From assembly GCF_000181795.1 (NCBI RefSeq), contig NW_003526943.1, forward strand, positions 2,675,666 through 2,739,665: a stretch of 64,000 nt of DNA, written 5' to 3'. This document shows positions 23,598 to 41,520 of the stretch, piece by piece. The notes beneath the pieces are model-generated. The model made no database searches. It saw nothing but the letters and a program-made list of their open reading frames with translations, and was not told where the DNA came from. The stretch comes from Trichinella spiralis. Taxonomy: Eukaryota. Made by a program: the position numbers and the translations under genes. Each line of letters starts with the position of its first letter. Positions within the stretch are counted from its first letter, which is position 1.

Positions 23598-26500
23598 TTG
23601 ATTATTCAATGAACAGCAGCTGCTGCATTAATCATTCGACTTGCATACTTCTATTCTTACGTCCGTCTATACATCTATCCTCTCCATACAGATGTACAAA
23701 TGCGTGCGTGTGCTGTTCGTGTGCGTTTGCACTTCATGCTTTTTCTTTGTTTTTACTAATATCATAGTTGGGAAAATATGAAAATTCCTTCATCAACTTT
23801 TTCAAATCCATTGTTTAAATATAAAATTAGCGTAGCTTTCGATGTGCGTCTTTGCCGCTTTTCTCATGCTGAATTATCGTCGTTCATTCATTAACCAACG
23901 TGATCAGTATGCGTGAAATGAGACCAAATTTTACAGCGTCATCCGAATTTCACGCTTTCTGCTTTGATATAATCGTATATTCTGACTTCAAGCAATAAAA
24001 GCTGAATGAATGAACAATCAGATGATGGAAACCAAAAAAAATTAATGAATTAAATTGATGAAAAATTTGAAAAAATTCATTCACACTGCAAGCTAGCTTT
24101 CATTAACTTTTCCGCTGCTTATCAATCAGTGCTTTCAATTGACGAACGTCGTCTACCCCGAAGCCTGACGTCCGGCTAACGTGTTGCTAACAAATTTGAA
24201 ATGTGAAACTGCCTAATGATGACTGTTGTTGGAAATATGTGTGTGTTTTGTTGAAAAGAATTCATGCACAACAACATCCATCCATACACTTCACTTGAGC
24301 AGTGTATCGACAACGAATAAAACAATATCCTCACCAGTGTAAGAAATAAGGTAAAATAAGAAGCCAAGAAGTCTTTGGACTTTTATTTATGAAAAATATT
24401 TCCCAATATCTGAATCGGTTTTATTATTTCTTTTTTCATTTTACATCACCAAAAAAATTTATTGACGATGCAAAGAGGAAACGCTGGACAGAAAGAAACT
24501 GATCAAAAGTGTGGTTTGAGTGTTGGTTGAAATTGAACGCATTGCATTCATAATTTTGCCGTTGCCGCGATTTGCATTAATTTCAGTGCTGAAATAAATA
24601 CCAGATTGGAAAAGACGAGCAACATTTTGGTCGCAAAGAATGCTCGCATGCATGGATGGATAATTAAAATTATTGAACAGAAACAAGAAAATAATTGAGA
24701 AAGGGAGAAATTGATTTATTTGCATTAGTCATAAAATAAAATAACAATAAAATTAGTCATCACTTTGCATTAATGAATTGTTGCAATTTTTACCGCATTG
24801 AAATACAAAAAGTGCGAGAGTGTTCAGTTCAATTTAGTAGTAGATTTGTTTGATTGAATTATTAATTTACATGAGCCATTCGTTGTGTTTACAGATATTA
24901 GATCATCTGCATCATTTATGGTGAAAAAGAGAAATTATGGATCCAAAATTAGGCATCTTTTTGAAAACTTTCAGTATCATCGTAAAAGTTTAAAATACCT
25001 TTAAAATTTCATTTACTCTGATGCACATTTATTGATAAATTGTTCATTATTATGGTTTTCATCTTCACAGTGAAAAATGTTTGTAGCATCTTATTTTCAA
25101 GTAATTTTCAAATTGAAAATAAAGTACATAAATTATTTTTTTTGATACATTTATCAAAATAAATTGTACTGTTTTGGTTCGATAATTAATTTCAATAATT
25201 TAATATTTAATTTTTAGTTACAGTACAGTACTGTTTGTAAAAAATCAGGATTAAAACAGACAATTACAATTCATATTATAAATTGCGTAGGATATTTAAA
25301 TTTTGAATAGCATTTTTAATTTTGAAATTTTATAAAATTAAGCTACCTGAAAATTATATATATATATATATGTATGTATGTATTAACAGTGTGTACGTTG
25401 AATATTCATGAGAAGCAGTTTCTAGCAATTTGCTGCCGTAAAAAGTATTTCAAGAAAAAAAATTAACAGATTCAAGAAATAAAACTGACTTTTGGTGAAC
25501 TGAATATTTGTTGCTATTAGTTTAGAGTATTAATCAACTTCACCTGTGACACAGTTGTCAAACTGCCACTCCGTGTGTAAACTAATTAGAACATTAGCAT
25601 GCAATAATCATCAGCTGTCAGAAAAGTTGATCTATGGGCTGTTGTGAAACAGCTGTTTGCGTCTAGACAAGTCCATTATTGAAAGTATCAACAATATGAT
25701 GTTGGTCAATTGCCAAAAGTATATGTGATTACTGCTTGTTTTTTTAGCTTGTATGAAGCTTTTTTCAGCTAAGAAATGAAGTTTCTGCTAAGATCTCCGG
25801 TAATGCATGTAAGCCTGATGAAAAGAATAAGAGAGCAGTGCTTTTTACGCTCTCTGTCTTGGTCTGTTACCACTATTAACTAGCATAATCAAAAACTAGA
25901 TTTCAGTGATACTTAATTTTCATTTCATTGTTTTGAAAATAAGCTTCATAAAAGCAATCTTTAATTGGAGTTTATTTTTTAAATTTATTCCATTTATATT
26001 CCACTTTAAAGGTGATCATAAAGTACAAAATTTGCAACAATTTCAATCCTGCAAGCAATCTGTGTATGGATAAATCGCCATCTCTGTATACAGTTTGAGA
26101 ACTATTAAGAAGATTCAAAATAAAAAACAAGCAAAACTCACGAAGAAGATATAATGCAAAAAATAAACTCTCAATACATTAATTAAAGTGTATCCAGGAC
26201 TTGTGAGCAAATAAAACTTGAATTTTGATGCCATTCAAAATACACGCGTTGGAAGTGACACGGGAAAAGCTCCTGATTTTATGTAAACTATAACCGCAGT
26301 TGAAGTGCTGCTACAGGGACATGTCTAGGCAACAGCCGATGCACTCACTATATCTTACTGGATTTGTAAAAACAGTTGCAGTAGTGAAAATTGTTAGCTT
26401 CTGAAGGTTGAGTTTGGTCATTGGTCAGTCAAAATCAAGAACCTGAGACGAGGGTGGAGACTTCTATCTCTCAAAGGTTTGTGATAATACTAATTTAATA

Positions 26501-27136
26501 ATTGTCCCAGTACAAGCCTGAAAACACCTGAAATCCCTGAAATTCATAAATCATAAATAGTCAGCTTTTAGTTAATAGAAATACATAGTTATAGTAAGAT
26601 ATTTATTTATCTGTTTATGTGAGCCAGTATGAAATTCACATTCCAGCTAGATGCACTCGTTGTCATTTCGAGAACAGGTGGATTATATTTGCAAACAGCA
26701 ACTGTCAAGAAAATTATGAATGTAAAGTAGCATATCATAATGAAATTAATAAATAGAATCAAAAAAGCAGCTTTATAATAAATATTTTACTTTTTCAAAC
26801 CGCTTCAACTAGATGTAATTTGCTAATTTCTGTTTCATTCTTTCATTTTTTATCTTCTGTTTTTAATTGCTCCATTCAGGTTTGTTTTCTTTCCGTGAGA
26901 TACGACAAATAATATTTTCATCACATCTGGGCAATTTTTTTACTAAAATAAATGATTTGTGGAACACAGTTGGTATTACTTTTCGTAATTATAATTTGAC
27001 TAAAAATTTGCATCTGCAGCAATGTTATTGAATGATATACTATTAATTTTTCACTAATGTAAAACATGGCAAATAAAACTTCCTTTTTTCTTGTGTAATA
27101 GCGAGATTTTTCATAATTTAAAGAAAACTTTAGTCG

Positions 27137-28404
<1,268 letters not shown>

Positions 28405-30050
28405 GGCACATAAAATTTTTAAAATGTTCAGTCCTGTAGAATAATTTATATAATTTTCAGCTTTCAGGTTTTGGTGATGTGAATCGAATTTGAAAAGCCA
28501 AAAAAACATTGCGATTTGAAAAACATCAAAAAATTGAAATTTACGCCATATCATTCAGGCATAATTGAATGCAATTTGACATTTACTGCTATTATATAAA
28601 AAACGTAAATAATGTCTCTTTCATTTTGCAGTGACACACTATCATTTCAGTTTTTTTTAAACAGTAGTTCAGTAATATTGTAAATGTGAACTTTTAAGTG
28701 CTGTTAAGTAATAAAGTGTTTCATTTTAAAATAGACTTTTTTTGTCATCTCCTGTCATGTCTCGTGAAAAACAGAAGATGTCATCTCGTAAATTTTTACC
28801 AAAAAATGGATTAATACATTATATTCCTTCCTTTCCCTAGTTTGATAAAAAATTTAATAAATAAAAAAACCGAATAACTTTTAATTCAAACAGCTGATGC
28901 TGAAATTGACAGTTTGATAACATGACGTTTTGATAGGCCAGTTAAACTTTTAAATGACTTGTTGTTATTGTAAATCACTTATCAATATCAAAAGTGAATG
29001 AAACACTTCAGCTGAAGAATTTCTTTGATTTGTGGGCACTTTTTATTATTATCAGATTTTAGTAAATTTTTACATTCGACAGATACTATCATTTAGTCAT
29101 TCTAACGTGAATCATGACTCTGAAATGCGCATTCAGATGTGCATTTATACAGTCAGTCAGAATGAGGTTTGCTTATTTGACTGAAAAGAAGCAAATTAAT
29201 TTAATTAATTAATTTAAAAAAGCATTTTCAGTTGTATGTATACGCATTGTAATGAATTAAGCACTTTTCCATCTGGAGTAACAGTGCAGTGTGATGCACA
29301 GCCATATGTTGAGGACCAACTTTGAGTTAGAACTTTACCATTTATTTTACTATTGAAACCGCATATTTAAACTTATTAGTAAATAAAATATAATAAGTGA
29401 ATAAATACTAAATGTAAATTATCACATTTCAACAGTGATAATCATTTCAAATTAGGTATGCGCAAAAAATATAAATTTATTTGTTGCGTTGAAAATACAG
29501 TATACAAAACATGAAAATCAATTTTCAGACTAATAAATTTTAATGTAAATTCAGTCTAAAGTATTTATGAAAAATTTTTAAGTCATGTAATTTAAATAAA
29601 TAAATAAAGCGACCATTAAATGCTTTAAATTCATTACTGTTTTCTAACATAAATTACTTTAAAACAATTGCTTTAAAGTTAAACAAGTCCTATTCAATGT
29701 GAGTGTTATAGAATAATTTAAAAACTAAAGTTTATTTCAGTTTTTCAGTTGCTGTTGAGCTGTGCAGTTCAATAAGTTTCAACCAGCAGTTTATCAAGTC
29801 AAATCTTTTGAACCACCTTACAGTTTCCAGAAGCGACGTCACAAACTAGGTATGAAATGAATTATAAATTAAAAATAGATGCAGTTAAAAACATTTTTTA
29901 CTTAAAAATTTATTACAAAATATTGAAAAGTATATGATAACATTTTAAATTATTTAATTAAAAAACTGCAAAATACAAATAAGTGTAATGGAAACTTTAA
30001 TTTTGTTAGTAATTCGAAATGAAAATTGATATTTATCAGATTTAAGAGAT

Positions 30051-31679
30051 ATGGGAAAGTTTATGCACATTATTCTGTTCACATTCACGTTGTTTTTGCA
30101 ATCTGAAGGTGCGCACAAAAATAATTGCGGTTATTATAACTTTCACGCTGTATCTGGCCAGAGAAATGTTTTTTTTACAAACGAAACGATTGAAGATGAA
30201 TGCATTGCATGGGTTGAATTCGAACCCAAAAATGAATTTGGCAGTCTCAAAGAGTACCACCAGAAAATGAATGATCTGTGCTCAAGTTTGCTACCGGATG
30301 GAAAAGCGTATGGCATTCGATTAGGTAAAATTGAAATATCCAATTAAATTAGAATGGATATCAATTGAAATAAAAGTCTGAATTATATTTTAGGGGAACA
30401 AAAAAAAGTCATATTAAACATAAATGAGACAACCGAAATGGACGAATCGACTAACATTAAAGCAAACTTCATATCAACCTATGAATTTTTGTTGAATATG
30501 TGGGTTTACAGAGAGTTTTCGAGCCTGCACAAAGTTTTTATCCACACTTATGGAACCATTTCATCAGATGTTAATGTTACCATACCAGTGGTTAATCATG
30601 TAAGATCAGCGTGCCCACTCTACTTTACAAAAGCAATGAATTTCAAATGCGATGATATCCATAAATTAATAAAGGATTTCAAAATACCAACGCTATACTG
30701 TTTCGTAGTGGCTGCTGATACAAAGAAATTCGCTTTTGTAAAATGTCTAAATCTCACGATAAATGCAACTAAAAAACGTCTGCTTATCCCTTGCAAGCAT
30801 GAAAGTCTATCAATGCGATGCAAAAAGTGGGATTTTAACGCAAAACGATGCAAAAAATGTTCACTCGGATTTACAGGAGACCTATGTGAACAAGGTAAAA
30901 ATATTCTTTATTATCAAAACAAATATTTCAACGGCATTTTTACGCACTTAAAATTATATTTCACTAAAAATCAGTTAATCGAAATTTAGATATTGATGAA
31001 TGCATAAATTTAAAAATTCGTCGCGAAAGCGGAAGGTGCATAAATCACAAAGGTGGATATACTTCCATTTGCAATCCAGGTTACATCGGAGAATATTGTG
31101 AATTAAGTAAGTGATGCTGAAATTGATCTAATTGATAGTTGTTATTAATACTTTAATAAAAAAAAACAATTTGATTTAGTCGACTACTGTGCGTCAAACC
31201 CGTGCCCAACGAATTCAACATGCAAAAATAGTCTGAATTCGTACAGTTGCGTTTGTTCTGAAAAATATGTTGGAAATCAATGTTTGCTCGGTAATTTATA
31301 ATAAGTTGAACAATGAACCATCAAAATACATCACGTAACTATTTTTAGATACTGAAAGCAAGGCGGCGACAATTTTCCATTTATTCATTGTAATTGGTAT
31401 GACCCTTCTTATTCCCCTAACATTCTCCATAATAGCTTTGTTTTATTGGTTACAGGTAAGACTTATATCGCTGATTTTTTTCAAATAATTCTATACTTTT
31501 AATTTTCTGATAAATGTGCAAAAAACATAAAAGTTTATTTATTATTTTACATGTTTATCTGCAGGGATTAGTTTCAGAATTATACAAATATACCATTATT
31601 ATACTTATACATTTTAACTTTTGTTTAGGGAAAAAAATATGATCTGATAGAATTTCTTCCCGTTAATCGCCAACTGTGA
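30051..31679 (+). CDS. Type I membrane protein with signal peptide, unique N-terminal region and 2-3 EGF-like repeats
   Basis: Signal peptide MGKFMHIILFTFTLFLQSEG; CKKCSLGFTGDLCEQ; DIDEC...GRCIN...CNPGYIGEYCE; DYCASNPCPTNSTCKNSLNSYSCVCSEKYVGNQC; TM IFHLFIVIGMTLLIPLTFSIIALFYWL; short tail. Last exon choice uncertain. Confidence 0.8.
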
Positions 31680-32006
31680 AGAAATATTTTAAAAGAACAT
31701 TCAACGACTTTCAAATGCAAAATATTCACTGAACATTTAAACTTCATTATTATTTTCCTATTCTGTTGTACATGTATTTTTGTAACTGTTTACTTAATAA
31801 AAACCAAATTAAAAATTAACAAATAATTACTGGTGTACAAAAACTTTTCCATACCGTAAATCAAATACCAAGCAAGTGATTGGAAGAGACTTCAAATGCT
31901 CAAACAATCTGATTGGATAACACAGTAAAGAATAGTTGCTCAAACATGCTGCTTAAAGTTATAAAACAAAATTGTAAGAAAATAAAATAATAAACACAAG
32001 TGGAGT

Positions 32007-35415
<3,409 letters not shown>

Positions 35416-36097
35416 CTTAATAACATATTTTATGATGAAAAATTAAAAAGTAAAGCCCACATATTAAATAAATTTCGTTTAAAGCAACGCATTAATAAGA
35501 GTACAGCATGAGAATAAAAACTGTCAAATAATGCATATTTAAATTCAGTTTTTGTTAGATACAATATTTCGCAATAATCTATTAATAAGAACAACACTTC
35601 TCAGTCTATTCTACTGTAATCTAATCTAATCACTCCGTTCATCAATGACTATTCAAGCACAGTTTTATTGATTACAGCACAATTTTTCCAAACTGTAATG
35701 CAACCTTAGGTAATTATCTGTGTGTCAAAAATTGAAATTATACATAATTTCATCTGCTCCAGCTATTTAAAAACCTTGAAACTCATAAATGAATCATTAT
35801 AAAACCCAATGTCCCAATCAATCCAGTATGTCTTTAAATTATGTAAAATTGAATTAAAACAAAAAATATTTCTTTACCAATAAAAATATCAGCAAGGTGT
35901 TCTTCTGCTATTGACATGATTGACTGCTTTTTAGTTGTTCGACATTTAAAATTTTACCAAAGAATGCACAAATAAAAAAACAATAAAAGACAACACAGTT
36001 AAACAGCCTATTCAATCTTGTGCACGCACTTATGAAAATCTTCATAAAGTTTCTTTTCCTAAATATAAATATTAACAATACAAATACACACGTTTAC

Positions 36098-36335
36098 CAG
36101 TTACGTCTTCGCTCAATTCATCTGGTGATATTTCCATCGACACTATTGCACTTCCATTCACTAAGTACACTTTCATATGTTCATTTGAAACATCACTGTG
36201 ATTCACAAGTACAAACGAAAAAGTAATTGGATCAACAGACTGTACAATGCCAGTATATGTATGGTTTTCCTTCGCTACTAATTTCACCTTCTTGCCAATA
36301 ATATTAGATATATCATCCGGTGACAACTCAATCAT
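36098..36335 (-). CDS. Gemin6-like Sm-fold protein, copy A (downstream exon unresolved)
   Basis: IGKKVKLVAKENHTYTGIVQSVDPITFSFVLVN...VYLVNGSAIVSMEI matches the Gemin6/LSm N-terminal fold pattern (K-V-x-V...Y-x-G-x-V-x-T-x-DP...VLVN...G-x-A-V). Donor GTAAAC near 36097. Confidence 0.68.
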
Positions 36336-37327
36336 AGATATAAATCCTAAAATACATAATTTAAAATTATTGTTATGTATTTAAATTATCAAATATGAAC
36401 AATCTCAAATTAATTTCAAACATAAATTAATTATCATCAGGAATTAAAAGTTTTTACTCTGTAAATATGGTTAGTGAATTTAAATGAATTCAGAATTAAA
36501 GTGTTCCATAAAAGAACATACGTATCGGATAAATAAACTTATTTATTGATTACAGTAAGAAGAAAAAATAATGCAAGTGTAAATTCAAAATGCATTACAG
36601 AATTTTGATTTGCAATAAAAACAGATAAATGCTGCAAAACTTTTAATTTTTAATAACATATTTTTTCAATTTATTTGTAGAAGCATTATATTAACACGTT
36701 TGTTAAAATAAGAAAATTAATTTGCAGCAATAAAAAAACTACATACAAACAAGCTCATATTAGTTTTTGCGTTTTACTGAAAAATTAAAAAATTGGCTAT
36801 AAACTCTAGCTTTAGTACTTCTTTCAGTATTATATGCAATTACATTTCATATTTTACTTTTCCATGAGCGTTTTTCAAGCTATGACAAACAGTAAAGACC
36901 ATTTTGCTTAATCATGTCTCTATATAGCATATGATATAATTAAACAATTAAATCTTCTACAATAATGATTTTACTTTATCACTTTGAAAACACCATTCAC
37001 AGAGTGTAACTGCGCAACACTGAAAACTCTACTTTGGAAAGCAGTAACTCAACGTTGGGTATTACACAACAACTATAAGATTATACTTCACGCATTACCT
37101 TTTCAATTCTCTGTCGTAATCCTGATGCTTCATCAAAATATTTACAAAATCGTATGCTAAAATTTTTATTGTGCACAATCTTCTGCATTTCATTTAAAAC
37201 TACAAAGTAAAACAAAAACAAAACATTTTACACCTGCCATGAATAAACATGACTGAGAACAAAATTTTTATAGGTTCAGATACCTAAAGCCAACCAGTAA
37301 AACAAATTTTCAACAACAGATAAAAAA

Positions 37328-37665
37328 TTAAGGGATTCTTGGAGACGTTGCAATTCTTTGAGAAAAGCGCTCTAGGAGCTTCTTATCCTAAAAAAATACA
37401 GTTTAAATACAATACAGTCCTAAAAAAACTAAATTTAAATTACATGACTCGTCAAAACGTGATTTAAAATTTCCAACGATTCAATATTATAACCGTAAAC
37501 AACTTGCACACAGATAGAGCCGCGGGAATGGTGGCAATCGCTGATGAGCACAAAAGAGCGGGATTCTGAATCAAAAGAATGGACAACGCCAATAAAGGCG
37601 TTATTACCCGAGGAGATTATTTTCACTTTTTTTCCTACTATTTTTTCAGCGTCCCTAATGTCCAT
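37328..37665 (-). CDS. Gemin6-like Sm-fold protein, copy B (2 exons)
   Basis: VGKKVKIISSGNNAFIGVVHSFDSESRSFVLI...VQVVYGYNIESLEI, then an intron, then DKKLLERFSQRIATSPRIP*. Paralogous to copy A. Confidence 0.62.
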
Positions 37666-38509
37666 GTGCAATACAGAGTACAAGTTGGAGTGCTAAAAAT
37701 AAAATATATATAATACAGTCCAAGAAATTAAAATTATTCTTGCTAGAAAGTCGCATATTAATGCCCATAAATTACTGAAATAACAAAAATCATAAAAAGC
37801 AACTACGTGCAGTTATTATTTCAAAAAATTAAGTGTGATTTAAGAATAAAAAAAATAATTAACTATTTGACTCATTTATTTAACAAAAAATGATTTAAAT
37901 GCTTTACATTCCTATTTTGTCAACAAAACTAATATGTACAATGTTAAACTGAAATTAAATATGTAAAAACATCATGTTAATACAAACTTAACAGTTCCAA
38001 ATAAAAAACATTAGTAGCTAATAAGTAAAGAAAATTGAAGTCAAATTATAATAAAGGATTCAAAACAAAAATATTTATGAATAATTAAAAAATTAAAAAA
38101 TTGAAATAAAATATAACAATTGAAAAAAAAACAAAATAAATAAATGATGTTACTCCCTCACAAGTATTACATAAGTACTATCTACGGAAATGCAATTTTA
38201 CATCTTTCACATTGAAAATCTAATTCTGTTATAGAAATAAATTTTATTAACAAAATTAAAATTCTTACCCGTAATTAACACATCAACTGCACTTTTGAAA
38301 CTTACCGTAACTGCAAGTTTAATGAAATTCACGTTTATATAAAAAATTACTGTAGAAAATTTAGCTTTTCTATAAGTGGCATTGATAATACTGAAATTTT
38401 TAAAATTTTATTTTAGTAATAACTAAATTCTAAAATAAAAGTATTATAATATTCACTTAACAATACTACTATGCTAATGCAAGTGGGCTGCAAAGGCTTG
38501 ATTTGCATT

Positions 38510-38670
38510 CAATAGCGTTGATAAGGGGGGGGGAGCGACTTGGGCGGCAGCCGCCTCCCATAGGGAAAACTTTTATCCAATTGTTACTATGTCCATCTCC
38601 TAAATCCCAAATAAATCTTCTTGATACTATACCTGCCCCTCTTCTATAAATTAAACGTATCACGCCCCTG
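38510..38670. mobile_element. Short non-autonomous hAT-like element (MITE), 161 bp
   Basis: Imperfect TIRs CAATAGCGTTGATA and (reverse complement) CAGGGGCGTGATA. Flanked by an 8-bp near-duplication TTTGCATT / TTTGCGTT. GC-rich subterminal tract. Confidence 0.6.
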
Positions 38671-38899
38671 TTTGCGTTGCCTTTGAGTTGCTAAATTTCT
38701 TATGCATTGTCCGACCGATTGTACCATGTTAGTATAGTTGAGATAACATGCATGAAGATTTTTAATAATTTATGATGTTTTTTGTTGATGTTGAGCTCTA
38801 ATGTCAAAATTAGAAATTCTAAAATGCAAAATTTACATATTTAATTTTATTTTTCAGTTCATATTTATTATTTATTTTATAGTTATAGTTTATTAATTT

Positions 38900-40280
38900 A
38901 TTGTTATGAGATTCAGATTCAATACAGTGGTATATGAAAAAATCCTGAGCCACAACCTGAAATAAAATACAACAGTAGAAATGATGAAGCAATCGCATTA
39001 GCAGAGAACACTGGGGACATTCAATATATGCAAAATAGATGCTAAATGTTGGTTTAAATTAATATGAAAAGAATCTAGTAATGAAAACAATTCAGAAGCC
39101 TATTTACGCCAAAAAATTAGTTCATGAAATCCACCAGTAATGGCATTTTTTCTATTACATCGTGACATTGTGCTGACTGTCACACCCGCAGAAGCAATGC
39201 CAATGGACATGATGTTCACTTGGTTAATTGGTGTGCAACTGTGCATCATTGGATTCGATAAACTTGACACTGTTCTGAAGCTGGTACTATAAAACGGCCA
39301 GTCAGGAGATATCATTACTACTGATCAGATTCAATTTGGTTTAATTTTCTTTCACTTGTTAAAATATAATTTTTTAGCTCCATCCTCAGACAAGTCTGTA
39401 ACTGTACTGAGTTGCTGAGCCATGTTCAGTTAGATGGCAAAGTCAGTCAGTCAGGTTTTGATGCAACACCAATTACGAAGATGGAGAATAAAGATTTTGG
39501 TGCCAGGAGTGAAAAACTTGCTGAACAAATATTTTTAAGGTGCATATGACTTTAATAAAGGTATAGTTTTGTTTATCAAGTAGTGAAAGAAATATGTTTC
39601 AAGAACATTTGGCAAATCTACGGCGAAGTTGGCGATGCAAAACGACGATGCTCCCTGCACCTCTGCAGTTATTACAAGAACAATTTATGTGGATTATTCT
39701 ATTGAATTTTAAAATTAACATTTTATTTGATACTCTGTTAAAAAAGAACAGTTTTAAATTAAAGGAAAAGATTGAGAAAATGCTTTGATGCTTAAATGAC
39801 GATTCGTCAGTAAATTAAGTGATTTCGAAGAATATTTGACGGAGAGGTTGCTGCCATGCTCTCAAAAGGAGCCTCGTTCTTGGGTCGTACTTTGTACAAC
39901 TCTAGAGAAACTGGGATCCTGAAAGCGGTGGATGACACTTTCTTTGCGCTACATAACAGTAAATCATTCTGTTGCATTTTTTGAATAGATTTACATTGTA
40001 CTTGCAATGTAAAATGCATGTATTTGTAAACATCAACATGCTACCCCGATTTTTACAGCTATGGAAGAGCAGCAGCTAACAAAAGGACATTCACAGCAAT
40101 GGTATTTGGCAAAAAAGAAACACCTCCTTTGAAATTGTACGAATCAGGTACTGTTCATGACTGTCGATATAGTGGAAAAGCAGTTATACCAAATATCACT
40201 GAAAATATCTAAGGTAAAAACAACTAAATTCAGGCGCGCTAACAGATATGCTTGCGTATTATTGAACTCGGCAGGTAGCA
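38900..40280 (+). mobile_element. Highly decayed DNA transposon remnant, possibly piggyBac-like
   Basis: GC content above the flanks and no intact ORF. Fragments near 39465-39510 (R-W-R-I-K-I-L-V) and 39990-40020 loosely resemble piggyBac KPxRWGIKIFV and FYxxLDxAxxNA motifs. Confidence 0.3.
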
Positions 40281-41262
40281 GTATTTCACGATTGATACGC
40301 AAGTTTTAAAGTATCATAAAATTTTCAACATAATACATTACTTATTATAATGAATCACTGAATACTAAAATAATTCAAGAAATAATGTGATATGAGCAAT
40401 ATTAGCAACTATTAACAATTGAATGATGATTGAATTAGTTAAATTTAATCACTGCAAGTCAAATAATATATTAGTTAGAAAAATTGTTTTCAACATTTGC
40501 GTAATTTCATCAGAAAACAATCAGCGATACAGGTAAAATGTTATGCAACATTCAAAGGTAGCACAATTTTAATTATGTTTAGAATAAAAATGCATTTCTA
40601 ATTATGGAAAATAATTCGATCTTTACGGACATTTTTTCTTATTCTTATTGTGTATACGGATTGTTTACTTCATTATTCAAGATTTATTTTTATAAATTTT
40701 TGGCAATTTTAGCAATAAGTGAACAAAAATTGTTCATTTCAAAGAAAAAAGTTGAACATTCGTGAAGCTTGTGTTGCCCATTCAGCTTTTAAGCTGCCAT
40801 ACATTTGTTGACAGCTTTGCGCGCTTGGTGTGCGTGTAATTTCTACGCAACTGAGTTGATTGCTTTGAGCATTTATTTTAGCAAGTTTGCATTATAGCAA
40901 TTTTAACGACTCTAACAATGACATGCAATTCTTAAAAATTTAATGTTCAATTGTGGTTGGAAATTTTTTGGGCTTCAAGCGTAATCCGAAGTTGTCATGT
41001 TGTTTTGTGCATTAAAAATTTCATTGCCAGCGTTCGTGAGTTTTATTTATAGATTGGGAATGGAAGGCTGTTTGTTAAAATTGAATATAATTTCAGACTG
41101 TTCACTGTATATGACATTACACAAACAATTTAATGAACATTGGTTTTTTTGTAAAATAATTATGACAAAATAGCAAGAATAATAGTAATCAAGCAAAACA
41201 CACAGTAGAGCCTAATAACAGATTGGTACAGATAGATAAAATTGGAAGAGAACAGAATTTGA

Positions 41263-41520
41263 TCAATGTGCTAGATGGCTTAATATAATAGTTAATAATG
41301 CAAGCAGTGTAATCAGAACCAAAAAGTTGATTACCAGATTCACCGTCTGCTTGTCCAAATGTTCACAGAGCCAATCGTAAAGCGGCTTTTCACTTCGATA
41401 GGATGGTCGAATTTCGTATGCCCGACTGATCCGTCGCGATGGCCTTCTGCTGTCCACGCTGGATTTCCTCGACTCTGGAATATCATGCAGCAGAGTCTGC
41501 GTTTCGGTCAACTGAGACAT
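41263..41520 (-). CDS. Phospholamban/sarcolipin-like single-pass micropeptide (85 aa), candidate SERCA regulator
   Basis: C-terminal TM NLVINFLVLITLLALLTIIL versus phospholamban NLFINFCLILICLLLICIIV. Cytosolic part carries RKSS, RRPS and RRIS PKA-type sites. Single coding exon with ATG in GCCATG context; upstream acceptor TGTAG near 41677. Confidence 0.7.
   Translation of the reverse strand: MSQLTETQTLLHDIPESRKSSVDSRRPSRRISRAYEIRPSYRSEKPLYDWLCEHLDKQTVNLVINFLVLITLLALLTIILSHLAH

Noticed and set aside
19114..23767. Dense small ORFs around INO80D exons and 3' flank
   Set aside because: Antisense or alternate frames of GC-rich exons and low-complexity microsatellite DNA.
25385..26720. Moderately GC-rich non-coding block, possibly an old transposon
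   Set aside because: No TIR, TSD or transposase motif that I could read with confidence.
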